Below, piece after piece: positions 27,788-36,607 of a DNA stretch of 61,391 bases; within the stretch, counting starts at the first letter, position 1, and the number at the start of each line of letters is the position of its first letter. Position numbers and translations under genes: made by a program. The notes under the pieces were generated by a model. That model was not told the DNA's origin. It saw only the letters and a list, made by a program, of their open reading frames with translations, and ran no database searches. The stretch comes from Bacteroidales bacterium. Lineage in GTDB: Bacteria > Bacteroidota > Bacteroidia > Bacteroidales > F082. The stretch spans positions 1 through 61,391 of the forward strand of contig JAFYNO010000081.1 in assembly GCA_017549705.1 (NCBI GenBank). Direction: 5' to 3'.

Positions 27788-29482
27788 ATGGTTTTTAGTC
27801 CGAAACTTTTTACTTGTTTAAAAAATTACAGCAAAGCACAGTTTACTGCTGATGCAATGGCTGGACTTATTGTTGGAATCGTGGCATTGCCATTGGCGAT
27901 TGCATTTGGTATTGCATCTGGTGTTGGCCCGACAGAAGGCCTTGTAACTGCAATTATTGCAGGATTTATCATATCGTTATTAGGCGGCAGTAAGGTCCAG
28001 ATCGGTGGCCCGACAGGAGCATTTATCGTTATAATTTATGGAATTATTCAACAACATGGATTGGGCGGTTTGATGATTGCCACCATTATGGCAGGTATCA
28101 TACTGATTTTAATAGGCGTTTTCAAGTTAGGAAATGTGATTAAATTCGTGCCATATCCAGTGGTCGTTGGCTTTACTGGCGGTATAGCACTTACCATTTT
28201 CTCAACACAGATGAACGATCTGTTTGGCTTCGGAATAGAGAAAGTGCCTGCAAACTTTATCGAAAAATGGATTTGCTATTTTCAAAATGTGACTCATATT
28301 AATTGGTGGGCGTTTGGCGTTGGTATTGTAAGTTTGCTGATAATAATTTACAGTCCTAAGATCTCGAAAAAGATCCCAGGCTCACTTGTGGCTATAGTGC
28401 TTGTAACTTTGGTTGTATGGATATTAGAGCGTTTCTGTGGCGTTACTGGTATTACAAAGATTGGCGATTTGTATGAGCTTCCGACAACAATTCCTGCGCC
28501 GAAACTGCCAAGTTTGGGCCTAACTGATGGTAAATCGCTAATACAGCTTATGACTGATTTGGCGCCTTCAGCATTCACTATCGCAATGCTTGGTGCTATT
28601 GAATCACTGCTTTCTGCTATGGTCGCCGACGGTGTGATTGGTGATAAACATAATTCAAACACCGAGCTTATCGCACAAGGTATAGCTAATATTGCAAGCC
28701 CTTTGTTTGGTGGCATCCCAGCAACCGGTGCCATTGCTCGTACAATGACAAATATTAATAATGGAGGTAAAACACCAGTGGCTGGTCTGATCCATGCGGT
28801 TGTTCTACTTCTTGTATTGCTGCTGTTCGGCAGATTGGTCGGTTTGATTCCGATGCCATGTTTGGCCGCAGTACTAATTATGGTCGCATATAACATGAGT
28901 GGCTGGCGTACATTCAGGATGTTGGCAAAGAATCCAAAATCGGATTTTGCTGTGCTTATAATGACATTCCTCCTGACAGTTGTTTTTGACCTGACAATAG
29001 CAATAGAACTTGGTCTTATCGCATCAATAGCTTTGTTCCTGAAACGTACTAATGAGGCTACGGTTATCCGTTCGTTCCACGATGAGATCGATCCAGGTGA
29101 AAACACCGATGTGGCGATGAGTAGCGAAGAGAAGTTGCAGATTCCTGAAGGCGTTGAAGTGTATGAGATCGACGGCCCATATTTCTTCGGAATCGCTAAT
29201 AAATTCGATGAAATTGACAAATCAGTGGTCGGTAAAGAATATAAAGTCCGTATTATCAGAATGAGAAAGGTATCGTTTATTGACAGTACGGGAATCCATA
29301 ATTTGGAGTTGTTATGCGACACATGTAAACAGCGTGGTATGGTGGTGGTTTTATCTGGTGTTAACGTACACGTAAGGGCGACACTTGAAAAGGCTGGAAC
29401 AATTAAGAAACTGGGCGAAGAGAATGTTTGTTCTCATATTAATATAGCTTTGAAGAGGGCGGGGGAGATAGAGAATAAATAA
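27788..29482 (+). CDS. SulP-family anion transporter with a C-terminal STAS domain
   Basis: Sulfate_transp pattern (GLIVGIVALPLAIAFGIASG, GIANIASPLFGGIPATGAIARTMTNINNGGKT) and a STAS tail. Internal ATG 27788 chosen. Confidence 0.9.
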   Translation: MVFSPKLFTCLKNYSKAQFTADAMAGLIVGIVALPLAIAFGIASGVGPTEGLVTAIIAGFIISLLGGSKVQIGGPTGAFIVIIYGIIQQHGLGGLMIATIMAGIILILIGVFKLGNVIKFVPYPVVVGFTGGIALTIFSTQMNDLFGFGIEKVPANFIEKWICYFQNVTHINWWAFGVGIVSLLIIIYSPKISKKIPGSLVAIVLVTLVVWILERFCGVTGITKIGDLYELPTTIPAPKLPSLGLTDGKSLIQLMTDLAPSAFTIAMLGAIESLLSAMVADGVIGDKHNSNTELIAQGIANIASPLFGGIPATGAIARTMTNINNGGKTPVAGLIHAVVLLLVLLLFGRLVGLIPMPCLAAVLIMVAYNMSGWRTFRMLAKNPKSDFAVLIMTFLLTVVFDLTIAIELGLIASIALFLKRTNEATVIRSFHDEIDPGENTDVAMSSEEKLQIPEGVEVYEIDGPYFFGIANKFDEIDKSVVGKEYKVRIIRMRKVSFIDSTGIHNLELLCDTCKQRGMVVVLSGVNVHVRATLEKAGTIKKLGEENVCSHINIALKRAGEIENK

Positions 29483-29487
29483 AAGAC

Positions 29488-29526
29488 ACAATTTGTCAAT
29501 TTGTCACTATCTTCTGTCAAATTGTC
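29488..29526. promoter_or_regulatory. three copies of (A/T)CAATTTG upstream of hsp20
   Basis: ACAATTTG at 29488-95 and TCAATTTG at 29496-503 are direct copies. CAAATTGT at 29518-25 is the inverted copy. Confidence 0.4.
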
Positions 29527-29539
29527 CAATAAATGCCTC

Positions 29540-29555
29540 TGGCACATAATTTGGT
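29540..29555 (+). promoter_or_regulatory. sigma-54-like -24/-12 near-match (or a degenerate -7 box) upstream of hsp20
   Basis: TGGCACataatTTGGt versus consensus TGGCACG-N4-TTGCW. Spacing is exact and only the -12 C is replaced by G. The overlapping TAATTTGG is also 7/8 to TAnnTTTG. Confidence 0.3.
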
Positions 29556-29635
29556 ATTATTTCTGTCGAAAGTCGATGCGAAAGCTGAGACGATCAAATT
29601 AACAGATTGTTTAACAAATTATGGAGGTATAAATT

Positions 29636-30058
29636 ATGTTACCAGTATTTAAAAACAGTTGGTTCCCAACAGTATTTGATGAATTCTTTGACAATGATTT
29701 AATGCCTCGTGCCAACACAACAGCACCGGCAGTGAATGTGAAAGAGGATGACAAAGCTTACACTATGGAGCTTGCAGCCCCGGGTATAAGAAAAGAGTTT
29801 TGCCGTGTGAACATCAACGAAGACGGTAATCTGAACATTGTCATCGAAAACAAGACAGAACATAAAGACGAAGATCACAAACATCACTATCTGCGCCGTG
29901 AGTTCTCATACGCAAACTACGAACAAAACTACACATTGCCAGAGGATGTTGACAAAGACGGCATCTCAGCTAAGGTCGAACATGGTATCTTGACAGTCGT
30001 GTTACCAAAGAAGACCAAGAAAGATGTGAAAGTTTCAAAGAACATCGATGTTCTGTAA
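29636..30058 (+). CDS. Hsp20 / alpha-crystallin small heat-shock protein
   Basis: Alpha-crystallin domain (PAVNVKEDDKAYTMELAAPG...GILTVVLPK). GGAGGT lies 7 nt upstream of the ATG. Confidence 0.9.
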   Translation: MLPVFKNSWFPTVFDEFFDNDLMPRANTTAPAVNVKEDDKAYTMELAAPGIRKEFCRVNINEDGNLNIVIENKTEHKDEDHKHHYLRREFSYANYEQNYTLPEDVDKDGISAKVEHGILTVVLPKKTKKDVKVSKNIDVL

Positions 30059-30075
30059 TTGAAATTTATAAAAAA

Positions 30076-30110
30076 GTCGATTGGTCGAAAGACCAATCGA
30101 CTTTTTTTTT
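30076..30110 (+). terminator. intrinsic terminator after hsp20
   Basis: GTCGATTGGTC-GAAA-GACCAATCGAC followed by T9, and preceded by an A-run, so it may act in both directions. Confidence 0.85.
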
Positions 30111-30117
30111 ATTTTTG
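30110..30117 (+). promoter_or_regulatory. -7 box (TAttTTTG) for the 10-TM transporter gene
   Basis: Exact motif 18 nt upstream of ATG 30135. Confidence 0.45.
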
Positions 30118-30134
30118 CGTAAAATTTGAAAACG

Positions 30135-31190
30135 ATGTTAGAACATTTGTATAGTATTCTGCAACAGACACTTACGATAACCGCATTCGTCATCGGAATG
30201 ATGATGATTATTGAATTTATTAATGTTAAAACCGATGGTTTGTGGTCTAAAAAATTGCAAGCATCTCCTTGGGTGCAAATTTTAATAGGTGCACTGATGG
30301 GCGTGATACCTGGCTGTTTGGGCACTTACACCATCGTTTCACTGTATATTCACCGTGTCGTGAATTTTCCGGCACTTATAGCAGCACTGATTGCAACTGC
30401 TGGCGACGAGGCGTTTTTCATGTTCTCGATGTTCCCTGGTGATGCACTGAAAATCACTTTGGTAATGTTTGTTGCCGCTATAGTTGTCGGTGCTGTGCTT
30501 CAGTTGACGATGAAAGACAAATACATCGGATTGTCTGAGAAATCATTCCCACTTCATGATGAGCCAGAATGTCATCATCACCATCATGAGCATACTATGA
30601 GAAACAATTTCAAAAACATCACTTTCGTGAGAGCATTACTCATTGCGATGTGCGTGTTGGTGTTGGGATTGATCCTTGGTGGCGTCATCGATGAAGGTCA
30701 CGAGCACGGCCATGAACACGGAGGAGATGAGGAATGGATCCGTTATTCGCTTATAGCAATGTTTTCTGTGATTCTTATCATTGTCGCAGTAGCAAAAGAG
30801 CATTTTTTACAAGAGCATCTCTGGGAACATGTAATAAAAGTGCATCTACCAAAGATTTTTATATGGAGCTTCGGAGTAATATTGGCCATAACAATACTAG
30901 AACATTATGTTGATGTTCAAGGAATTGTGAATAGTAATCCTTATATTGTGTTACTAGTTGCGATTTTAATTGGTATTATTCCACAGTCGGGTCCGCATCT
31001 GATATTTGTTTTATTGTTTGCTAATGGCACACTTCCGTTCAGCATATTGCTTGCGAATTCGATAGTTCAGGATGGTCACGGTGCTTTGCCGTTGCTAGCA
31101 GAGTCAAGGAGAGCATTTTTACTTTCGAAAGGAATAAAAATTGGATTAGGAGTAGCTGTTGGTGTTTCGGGATTATTAATTGGATTTTAA
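30135..31190 (+). CDS. polytopic membrane protein with two His-rich loops, ArsP_2-like putative 10-TM metal transporter
   Basis: About 10 TM segments. Loops ECHHHHHEH and EGHEHGHEHGGDEE. The family name is recalled, not searched. Confidence 0.55.
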   Translation: MLEHLYSILQQTLTITAFVIGMMMIIEFINVKTDGLWSKKLQASPWVQILIGALMGVIPGCLGTYTIVSLYIHRVVNFPALIAALIATAGDEAFFMFSMFPGDALKITLVMFVAAIVVGAVLQLTMKDKYIGLSEKSFPLHDEPECHHHHHEHTMRNNFKNITFVRALLIAMCVLVLGLILGGVIDEGHEHGHEHGGDEEWIRYSLIAMFSVILIIVAVAKEHFLQEHLWEHVIKVHLPKIFIWSFGVILAITILEHYVDVQGIVNSNPYIVLLVAILIGIIPQSGPHLIFVLLFANGTLPFSILLANSIVQDGHGALPLLAESRRAFLLSKGIKIGLGVAVGVSGLLIGF

Positions 31191-31192
31191 AT

Positions 31193-31720
31193 ATGACAAA
31201 AGACGACTGCTTTTTCTTTGGAAAGATTTCAAAAACGCATGGTTTGAAAGGTGAATTGACCATCAAACTTGATGTTGCTAATCCTGAAGATTTTACCGAT
31301 TTGAGATATCTTCTGATTGAGGATAGAGGGAATCTTATTCCGTATTTCATTGATTATTATAAGATTAATGGAGATAAAATGTTCGTGCAGATGCAGGATG
31401 TGAAAAAGATGGAGCAGGCAATGATCTTCATAGGTAAGGCTGTGTTTTTGCCAAACGAAATGCTCCCACAACTTGATGATGACGAGTTTTATTACAAGGA
31501 AATCATAGGATTCAAACTCATTGATGCAGAAAAAGGGGAAATTGGAGCTATTGCTGATGTATTGGAATATCCGACTCAGGCCGTTATTCAGGTTATGAGA
31601 GATGGTAAAGAGATTCTTATACCTATTCATGATGATATTATACAGAAAGTTAATAAGAAATCTAAAACATTGAATATCAAGGCTCCTGAAGGCTTGATTG
31701 ATATGTATCTCAATATGTAG
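31193..31720 (+). CDS. rimM: 16S rRNA processing protein RimM
   Basis: FFGKISKTHGLKGELTIK N-terminal RimM signature and a PRC-barrel C-terminus. Confidence 0.9.
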   Translation: MTKDDCFFFGKISKTHGLKGELTIKLDVANPEDFTDLRYLLIEDRGNLIPYFIDYYKINGDKMFVQMQDVKKMEQAMIFIGKAVFLPNEMLPQLDDDEFYYKEIIGFKLIDAEKGEIGAIADVLEYPTQAVIQVMRDGKEILIPIHDDIIQKVNKKSKTLNIKAPEGLIDMYLNM

Positions 31721-31722
31721 TT

Positions 31723-32433
31723 ATGGATTGCCGTCCATTTTTCTTTAAGCAATTCGGTCTTTTCCATCATCGCTCGACAATGAAAATCGGGACGGATGCG
31801 ATATTGCTTGCCAGATGGGTGGATGTATTTGGAAACGATGAAGTTCTAGATGTCGGAACGGGCTGTGGCCTCATTCCGCTTATGCTTGCTCAAAAAGGCA
31901 TAAAAAGTGCAGATGCGGTTGAAATCGACAAAGATTCTTTCGAAGAAGCAGCACAAAATTTCAATAATTCAGCGTGGAATTCGCATCTTTTTGCTATAAA
32001 TGACGACATAAAACACTATTCTGATAATTGTAATAAAAAATACGATTTAATAGTTTCAAACCCACCATTTTTCTTTGGTGATAACATCCCTGCAAATGCT
32101 AAAAAAGGTTTAGCAAGGCATACTAATACATTGAGTTATAATGATTTACTATTATCTGTAAAGAAGTTACTGAAGCTTAATGGTCGATTTGCATTGGTGC
32201 TCCCGGCTCGAGAATCACAGACTTTTTTGAAAGATGCTGAAAATCAAGGATTTTTTCTAAAAAAAGAAATGAAAATTGTGCCTATTGCGGGCAAAGAGCC
32301 AAATAGAATTAATATGCAACTCGTTGTAAATCATGTTGATAAGGTGGAAACTGATACATTTGTACTGAGAGATCAAGATCATACATTCACCAGAGAATAC
32401 AAAGACTTTTTAAAAGATTATTATTTGGATTGA
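31723..32433 (+). CDS. tRNA1(Val) (adenine37-N6)-methyltransferase-like (YfiC/TrmN6 family) SAM methyltransferase
   Basis: FKQF...MKIGTDAILLARW, SAM loop VLDVGTGCG, catalytic NPPF. Confidence 0.75.
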   Translation: MDCRPFFFKQFGLFHHRSTMKIGTDAILLARWVDVFGNDEVLDVGTGCGLIPLMLAQKGIKSADAVEIDKDSFEEAAQNFNNSAWNSHLFAINDDIKHYSDNCNKKYDLIVSNPPFFFGDNIPANAKKGLARHTNTLSYNDLLLSVKKLLKLNGRFALVLPARESQTFLKDAENQGFFLKKEMKIVPIAGKEPNRINMQLVVNHVDKVETDTFVLRDQDHTFTREYKDFLKDYYLD

Positions 32434-32462
32434 AAAAATCCTTAATTTTGCAAAAAATTTTT

Positions 32463-32813
32463 ATGTTTAAACTGATAATCATAGCGATAATACAATCGGG
32501 TTTCCTGGCGGTAGCTCAGTATTACATGAAAATCGGCATGGACAGGGTTGGTGAGTACAGCATGACGTGGTCGTTTTTCAAAAGTTTTCTGAACTGGCAG
32601 CTTGGTCTTGCAGCAATTCTGTATATTATCGGCATGATTATTTATATGTTTATGCTAAAGAATTACAAATTGTCAGTGATTTATCCATTGACAAGCATCA
32701 GTTATGTTTTTACGATGCTTCTTGCGATGTTTTTCCTTGGAGAAGCCATTCCATTTATCAGATGGGCGGGTGTCTTTTTCGTGATGCTCGGCGTTGGCAT
32801 GATAGCAAGATAG
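32463..32813 (+). CDS. small 4-TM EamA/SMR-like membrane protein
   Basis: Four hydrophobic segments over about 116 aa. Internal ATG 32463 chosen. Confidence 0.55.
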   Translation: MFKLIIIAIIQSGFLAVAQYYMKIGMDRVGEYSMTWSFFKSFLNWQLGLAAILYIIGMIIYMFMLKNYKLSVIYPLTSISYVFTMLLAMFFLGEAIPFIRWAGVFFVMLGVGMIAR

Positions 32814-32839
32814 CTTGAATAATCAGAAAAAATTTAGAT

Positions 32840-33778
32840 ATGAGTAAATTAGTTGTTGTAGCTCTTGGCGGTAACGCTTTGTTGAGGAGCAATCAAAAAG
32901 GAACTTACAAAGAACAGATTGAAAATGTTACAGAGACTTGCGAAGCTTTGATGAGTTTCATCAAAAATGGTGACGGATTGATTATCGGTCATGGAAATGG
33001 TCCACAGGTCGGTAATGTGATGCTTCAGCACGAGGCTGGTGCTAAAATGTTTGAAGTTAAGCCGATGCCGATGGATTTTTGTGTTTCTGAAACACAAGGT
33101 TCTATAGGATATATGATTGAAACGGGATTCCGTAAAGTGTTGTCACAGCACGGATTCAAAAATAATATCGTAACTTTGGTGACACGCGTTTTGGTAGATG
33201 CCAATGACCCGATGTTCAAGAATCCTACTAAACCAGTCGGTCCTTATTATGAGAAAGAAGAAGCGGAAGATTATGCCGCCGCCACTGGTGCTATTTTTAA
33301 AGAAGATCCGAAGGGTAGAGGCTGGCGTAAAGTAGTTGCATCTCCTAAGCCATTGGAAATCAATAATATTGAACTTGTTGAGTTGCTTGCAAGACAAGGT
33401 AATATCGTTGTCACTGTTGGTGGCGGCGGCATCCCTGTTGTTGAAAAAGACGGTTACTACGTAGGTGTTGAGGCTGTTATAGACAAAGACCTTGCTTCAT
33501 CATTGGCAGCAGTGCAGGTGAAAGCTGATGAATTCTATATCTTGACAGATGTTCCGCAGGCATACATCAACTTCCGTAAGGAAAACGAAAAAGCTCTCGG
33601 TAGAATAACTGTCGCTGAGGCCAAGAAATACTTGGAAGAAGGTCAGTTTACTGAAGGATCTATGGCGCCGAAGATGCGCGCTGCTATCAAGTTTGTCGAA
33701 GAGACTGGACATGATGCGGTCATTACAGACGCTACGAGCCTCGGTAATCCTAACGCTGGAACAAGAATCGTTCGCTAA
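32840..33778 (+). CDS. arcC: carbamate kinase
   Basis: VVALGGNAL, GHGNGPQVG and full-length carbamate kinase pattern. Confidence 0.9.
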   Translation: MSKLVVVALGGNALLRSNQKGTYKEQIENVTETCEALMSFIKNGDGLIIGHGNGPQVGNVMLQHEAGAKMFEVKPMPMDFCVSETQGSIGYMIETGFRKVLSQHGFKNNIVTLVTRVLVDANDPMFKNPTKPVGPYYEKEEAEDYAAATGAIFKEDPKGRGWRKVVASPKPLEINNIELVELLARQGNIVVTVGGGGIPVVEKDGYYVGVEAVIDKDLASSLAAVQVKADEFYILTDVPQAYINFRKENEKALGRITVAEAKKYLEEGQFTEGSMAPKMRAAIKFVEETGHDAVITDATSLGNPNAGTRIVR

Positions 33779-35295
33779 AATGGGACGTCTTCGTTCATGC
33801 GTGACCCGATTCTTCTTTCATTCGGGGCATTGAAGTTGGCGTTCGGAGCAAATTGTGCCGGTTGGTCTGTGCTCTTGGTGTAATCCTGTTCGAGATCCTC
33901 GAAACGCGCATACTGTCCTACGAAACGCAGCTCCACATCGCCCAGTTTACCGTTACGGTGTTTAGCTATGTTGATGACAGCTTTACCTTTTGTTGATGAA
34001 TGGTCTTCGTCCTCACTAAGTCCATAATACTCAGGACGATAGATGAAGATGACCATATCAGCATCCTGCTCGATAGCACCTGACTCACGAAGGTCAGAGA
34101 GGATAGGCTTTTTGGATCCTGGTCGTGACTCGACACTACGCGAGAGCTGAGACAGCGCTAATACGGGGATATTCAGCTCTTTTGCCAAACTCTTTAACGA
34201 ACGAGATATATTACTGATTTCCTGCTCGCGGTTGCCGTTTTTGTCTGTCTTTGCAGTCATAAGTTGCAGATAATCAATAAAAATCATCTGGATGTCATGC
34301 TGCTGTTTGAGACGACGGCATTTTGCGCGGAGGTCGAAAACCGAGAGTTGAGGCGTGTCGTCGATAAATAATTTGGCATTGATAAGAGGCGACACCTTGG
34401 TGTTTAACTGTTGCCACTCGTACTCGGCAAGCTGTCCTGAGCGCAGTTTGTCAGCTGTCAGTGAGGTTTCCGAGGAAATCAAACGTGTGACGAGTTGAAC
34501 TGATGACATTTCTAATGAGAAGAAAGCAATCGGTTTGTTGAAGTCAACGGCAGCGTTGCGTGCCATATTGAGTGCGAAAGCTGTTTTACCCATACTTGGA
34601 CGAGCTGCGAGTATGATGAGGTCGGATTTCTGCCAGCCTTGCGTGATGCGGTCGAGCTCGGTATAGCCTGAAGGTACGCCACGTAGGGCAGAACCGGCAT
34701 TTTTCGCTTTCTCAATATCGTCGATGGCAAGTTTCACGAGGTCAGGCATCTGGTCGTAGTTGCGTCGCAGGTTATTTTCACTGATCTGGAACAGCTTATT
34801 CTCAGCAGTGTCAAGCAAATCGAACACATCGGCAGAGTCTTCGTAAGCGTCTTTGATGGTTTCTGAAGAAATCTGAATCAACTGACGTTGGATGTGTTTT
34901 TGCAAGATGATTCTTGAGTGATACTCAATGTTTGCTGAAGAAACGACGCGGTTGGTGAGCTGTGAGATGTAATAAGGACCGCCAACAGCCTCAAGGTCTC
35001 CTGTAGATTTCAGATGGTTGGTAACAGTAAGAATATCAACGGGTTCTGATTTGGTAAATAAATCCTTGATGGCGGCGAAAATAATCTGATGGGCCTCTTT
35101 ATAAAACACCTCTGGTGACAAAATGTCAATCACGGCATTCACGGCTTCTTTTTCGAGCATGAGTGCACCTAAAACAACCTCCTCCAAGTCGACGGCTTGA
35201 GGAGGTATACGTCCTTGATTATTAAGCACATCCAAGCTTGTATTTGCGGCTTGTGACCTAATAAACCCCGATTTTTTTATGCTTTCATTATTCAT
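33775..35295 (-). CDS. dnaB: replicative DNA helicase DnaB
   Basis: N-terminal PPQAVDLEEVVLGALM, Walker A ARPSMGKTAFALN and full-length similarity. Confidence 0.97.
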   Translation of the reverse strand: MNNESIKKSGFIRSQAANTSLDVLNNQGRIPPQAVDLEEVVLGALMLEKEAVNAVIDILSPEVFYKEAHQIIFAAIKDLFTKSEPVDILTVTNHLKSTGDLEAVGGPYYISQLTNRVVSSANIEYHSRIILQKHIQRQLIQISSETIKDAYEDSADVFDLLDTAENKLFQISENNLRRNYDQMPDLVKLAIDDIEKAKNAGSALRGVPSGYTELDRITQGWQKSDLIILAARPSMGKTAFALNMARNAAVDFNKPIAFFSLEMSSVQLVTRLISSETSLTADKLRSGQLAEYEWQQLNTKVSPLINAKLFIDDTPQLSVFDLRAKCRRLKQQHDIQMIFIDYLQLMTAKTDKNGNREQEISNISRSLKSLAKELNIPVLALSQLSRSVESRPGSKKPILSDLRESGAIEQDADMVIFIYRPEYYGLSEDEDHSSTKGKAVINIAKHRNGKLGDVELRFVGQYARFEDLEQDYTKSTDQPAQFAPNANFNAPNERRIGSRMNEDVPF

Positions 35296-35299
35296 ACCA

Positions 35300-35307
35300 C
35301 AAAATTA
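35300..35307 (-). promoter_or_regulatory. -7 box (TAatTTTG) for dnaB
   Basis: Plus strand CAAAATTA within the 33-nt spacer. It is only 5 nt from ATG 35295, which would imply a leaderless or near-leaderless mRNA if functional. Confidence 0.3.
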
Positions 35308-35328
35308 TGAATAATGATAATTTGATTT

Positions 35329-36606
35329 TTATATGTTGATAACTTTTTTGTAGATGTCACGCAAAGCAATGTTCTCTTGTTCCAAATCGTTGGTAATCAG
35401 GTTTCTTTCCATGACGTTGTCGCTAAGTGCATTCAAGATGATGCGGCTATGCTCGAAAAGTTTTTTGTCAGGGAAGACACATTCATAAACATTTTGCAAC
35501 GAAAAATCGCTTTTTGTATTCTCGTGACGAAAATCCGACTGCTGGAGAATGTCTTTTAAATTTAATATTTTGTAATTTAACTCTTTGGAATCCAGTAAGT
35601 TAAGTTTCTGGAAAGAAGCAGCAATGTTTTGTGGAGCGAAACATATTACACGTTCAAAACCTGCTAGTTGTTCGGTTAAAATATCGAGGCAGTCCTTCCA
35701 TTTTGAGAGGTCTTCAAGGCAATCCCAGTTATATATTTTGTCAAAATTGCCGTTGTTTGAGAGGATGGAGAAAGCAATTATGAATTCGGTGTATGGCTTG
35801 TCTCCGTCAAATAGCGGCACGGCGGGGCGATAAAATAGAAGATTTAGATAGGCTGTTGAGGAGTTTCTATTACCGATAAGTTCGTAAAGTGTCTTATAAT
35901 CAATTGTATATGGTCTGTTAGTCTCATTGGGGACGTTTTTCCAGCAGTGGCCGTGAAACTCGCAACGGTATGGTGTATCGCATTGGTTTCCGATAGGAAT
36001 CTTTGGTGAATGAGGCTGTTTGATAATATCTTTAAAATGTGTAATGTTTTTGGCAATCACATCCTGATATTGTTCGGCATAATCTTTAACTGATTGAAAA
36101 ACAAATAATTGTGATAAATCGAGGTCTCCGTTTTTTACATAGTCGGAGTTGATGTACATCAGTTGGATGTCGGAAAGGGGGACGTTACAGCCTTTAAGGA
36201 CGTAGTATTGTAGAGCCGCATCTTTCATATAAGTTGGGCTAAGGCTTAATGAGCTTTTTACTTCGATGGCACGCCATTTATCGCCTTCGCGCACAATGAT
36301 GTCGAGCATTATGAGAGTATCATCATATTGAAACACAGCCTCGTACATCACATTCACAGCAGGATTTGTCAGATTATTCAGTGTTTCAACGGCTTTCTTG
36401 CTGAATTGTGATGGCGAACTTGGAGTCATATTTATACCACCTGGAAATAGTTGCTGCGCTAATATTCCCACATCGGTGCCGCGTTTGAATTTGGCGCGTT
36501 GTTCCATACTCAGTTTATCGCGTAAAAACGGTCTGTTTTTGAATAGATACAGAGCTTTTTCGCATTGCTCGCCTTTGATATATGTTGATTTGGATAATAT
36601 ATGCAT
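35329..36606 (-). CDS. DUF2779-like protein with an N-terminal Cas4/RecB-type PD-(D/E)XK nuclease module
   Basis: N-terminal Cys (GEQCEKALYL) plus a CDTPYRCEFHGHCW cluster, as in Cas4-like Fe-S nucleases. ATG 36606 (MHILSK) avoids overlap with the MATE gene. Confidence 0.6.
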   Translation of the reverse strand: MHILSKSTYIKGEQCEKALYLFKNRPFLRDKLSMEQRAKFKRGTDVGILAQQLFPGGINMTPSSPSQFSKKAVETLNNLTNPAVNVMYEAVFQYDDTLIMLDIIVREGDKWRAIEVKSSLSLSPTYMKDAALQYYVLKGCNVPLSDIQLMYINSDYVKNGDLDLSQLFVFQSVKDYAEQYQDVIAKNITHFKDIIKQPHSPKIPIGNQCDTPYRCEFHGHCWKNVPNETNRPYTIDYKTLYELIGNRNSSTAYLNLLFYRPAVPLFDGDKPYTEFIIAFSILSNNGNFDKIYNWDCLEDLSKWKDCLDILTEQLAGFERVICFAPQNIAASFQKLNLLDSKELNYKILNLKDILQQSDFRHENTKSDFSLQNVYECVFPDKKLFEHSRIILNALSDNVMERNLITNDLEQENIALRDIYKKVINI

Positions 36607-36607
36607 A

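Noticed and set aside
28348-29322. 324-aa ORF antisense to the SulP transporter gene
   Set aside because: It has the Ser/Ile/Ala/Thr-rich low-complexity composition typical of the antisense frame of a membrane-protein gene. The sense ORF has unambiguous SulP/STAS motifs.
32567-32818. 83-aa ORF in a second frame over the small 4-TM gene
   Set aside because: It overlaps, on the same strand, a better ORF whose product has a regular 4-TM hydrophobic pattern.
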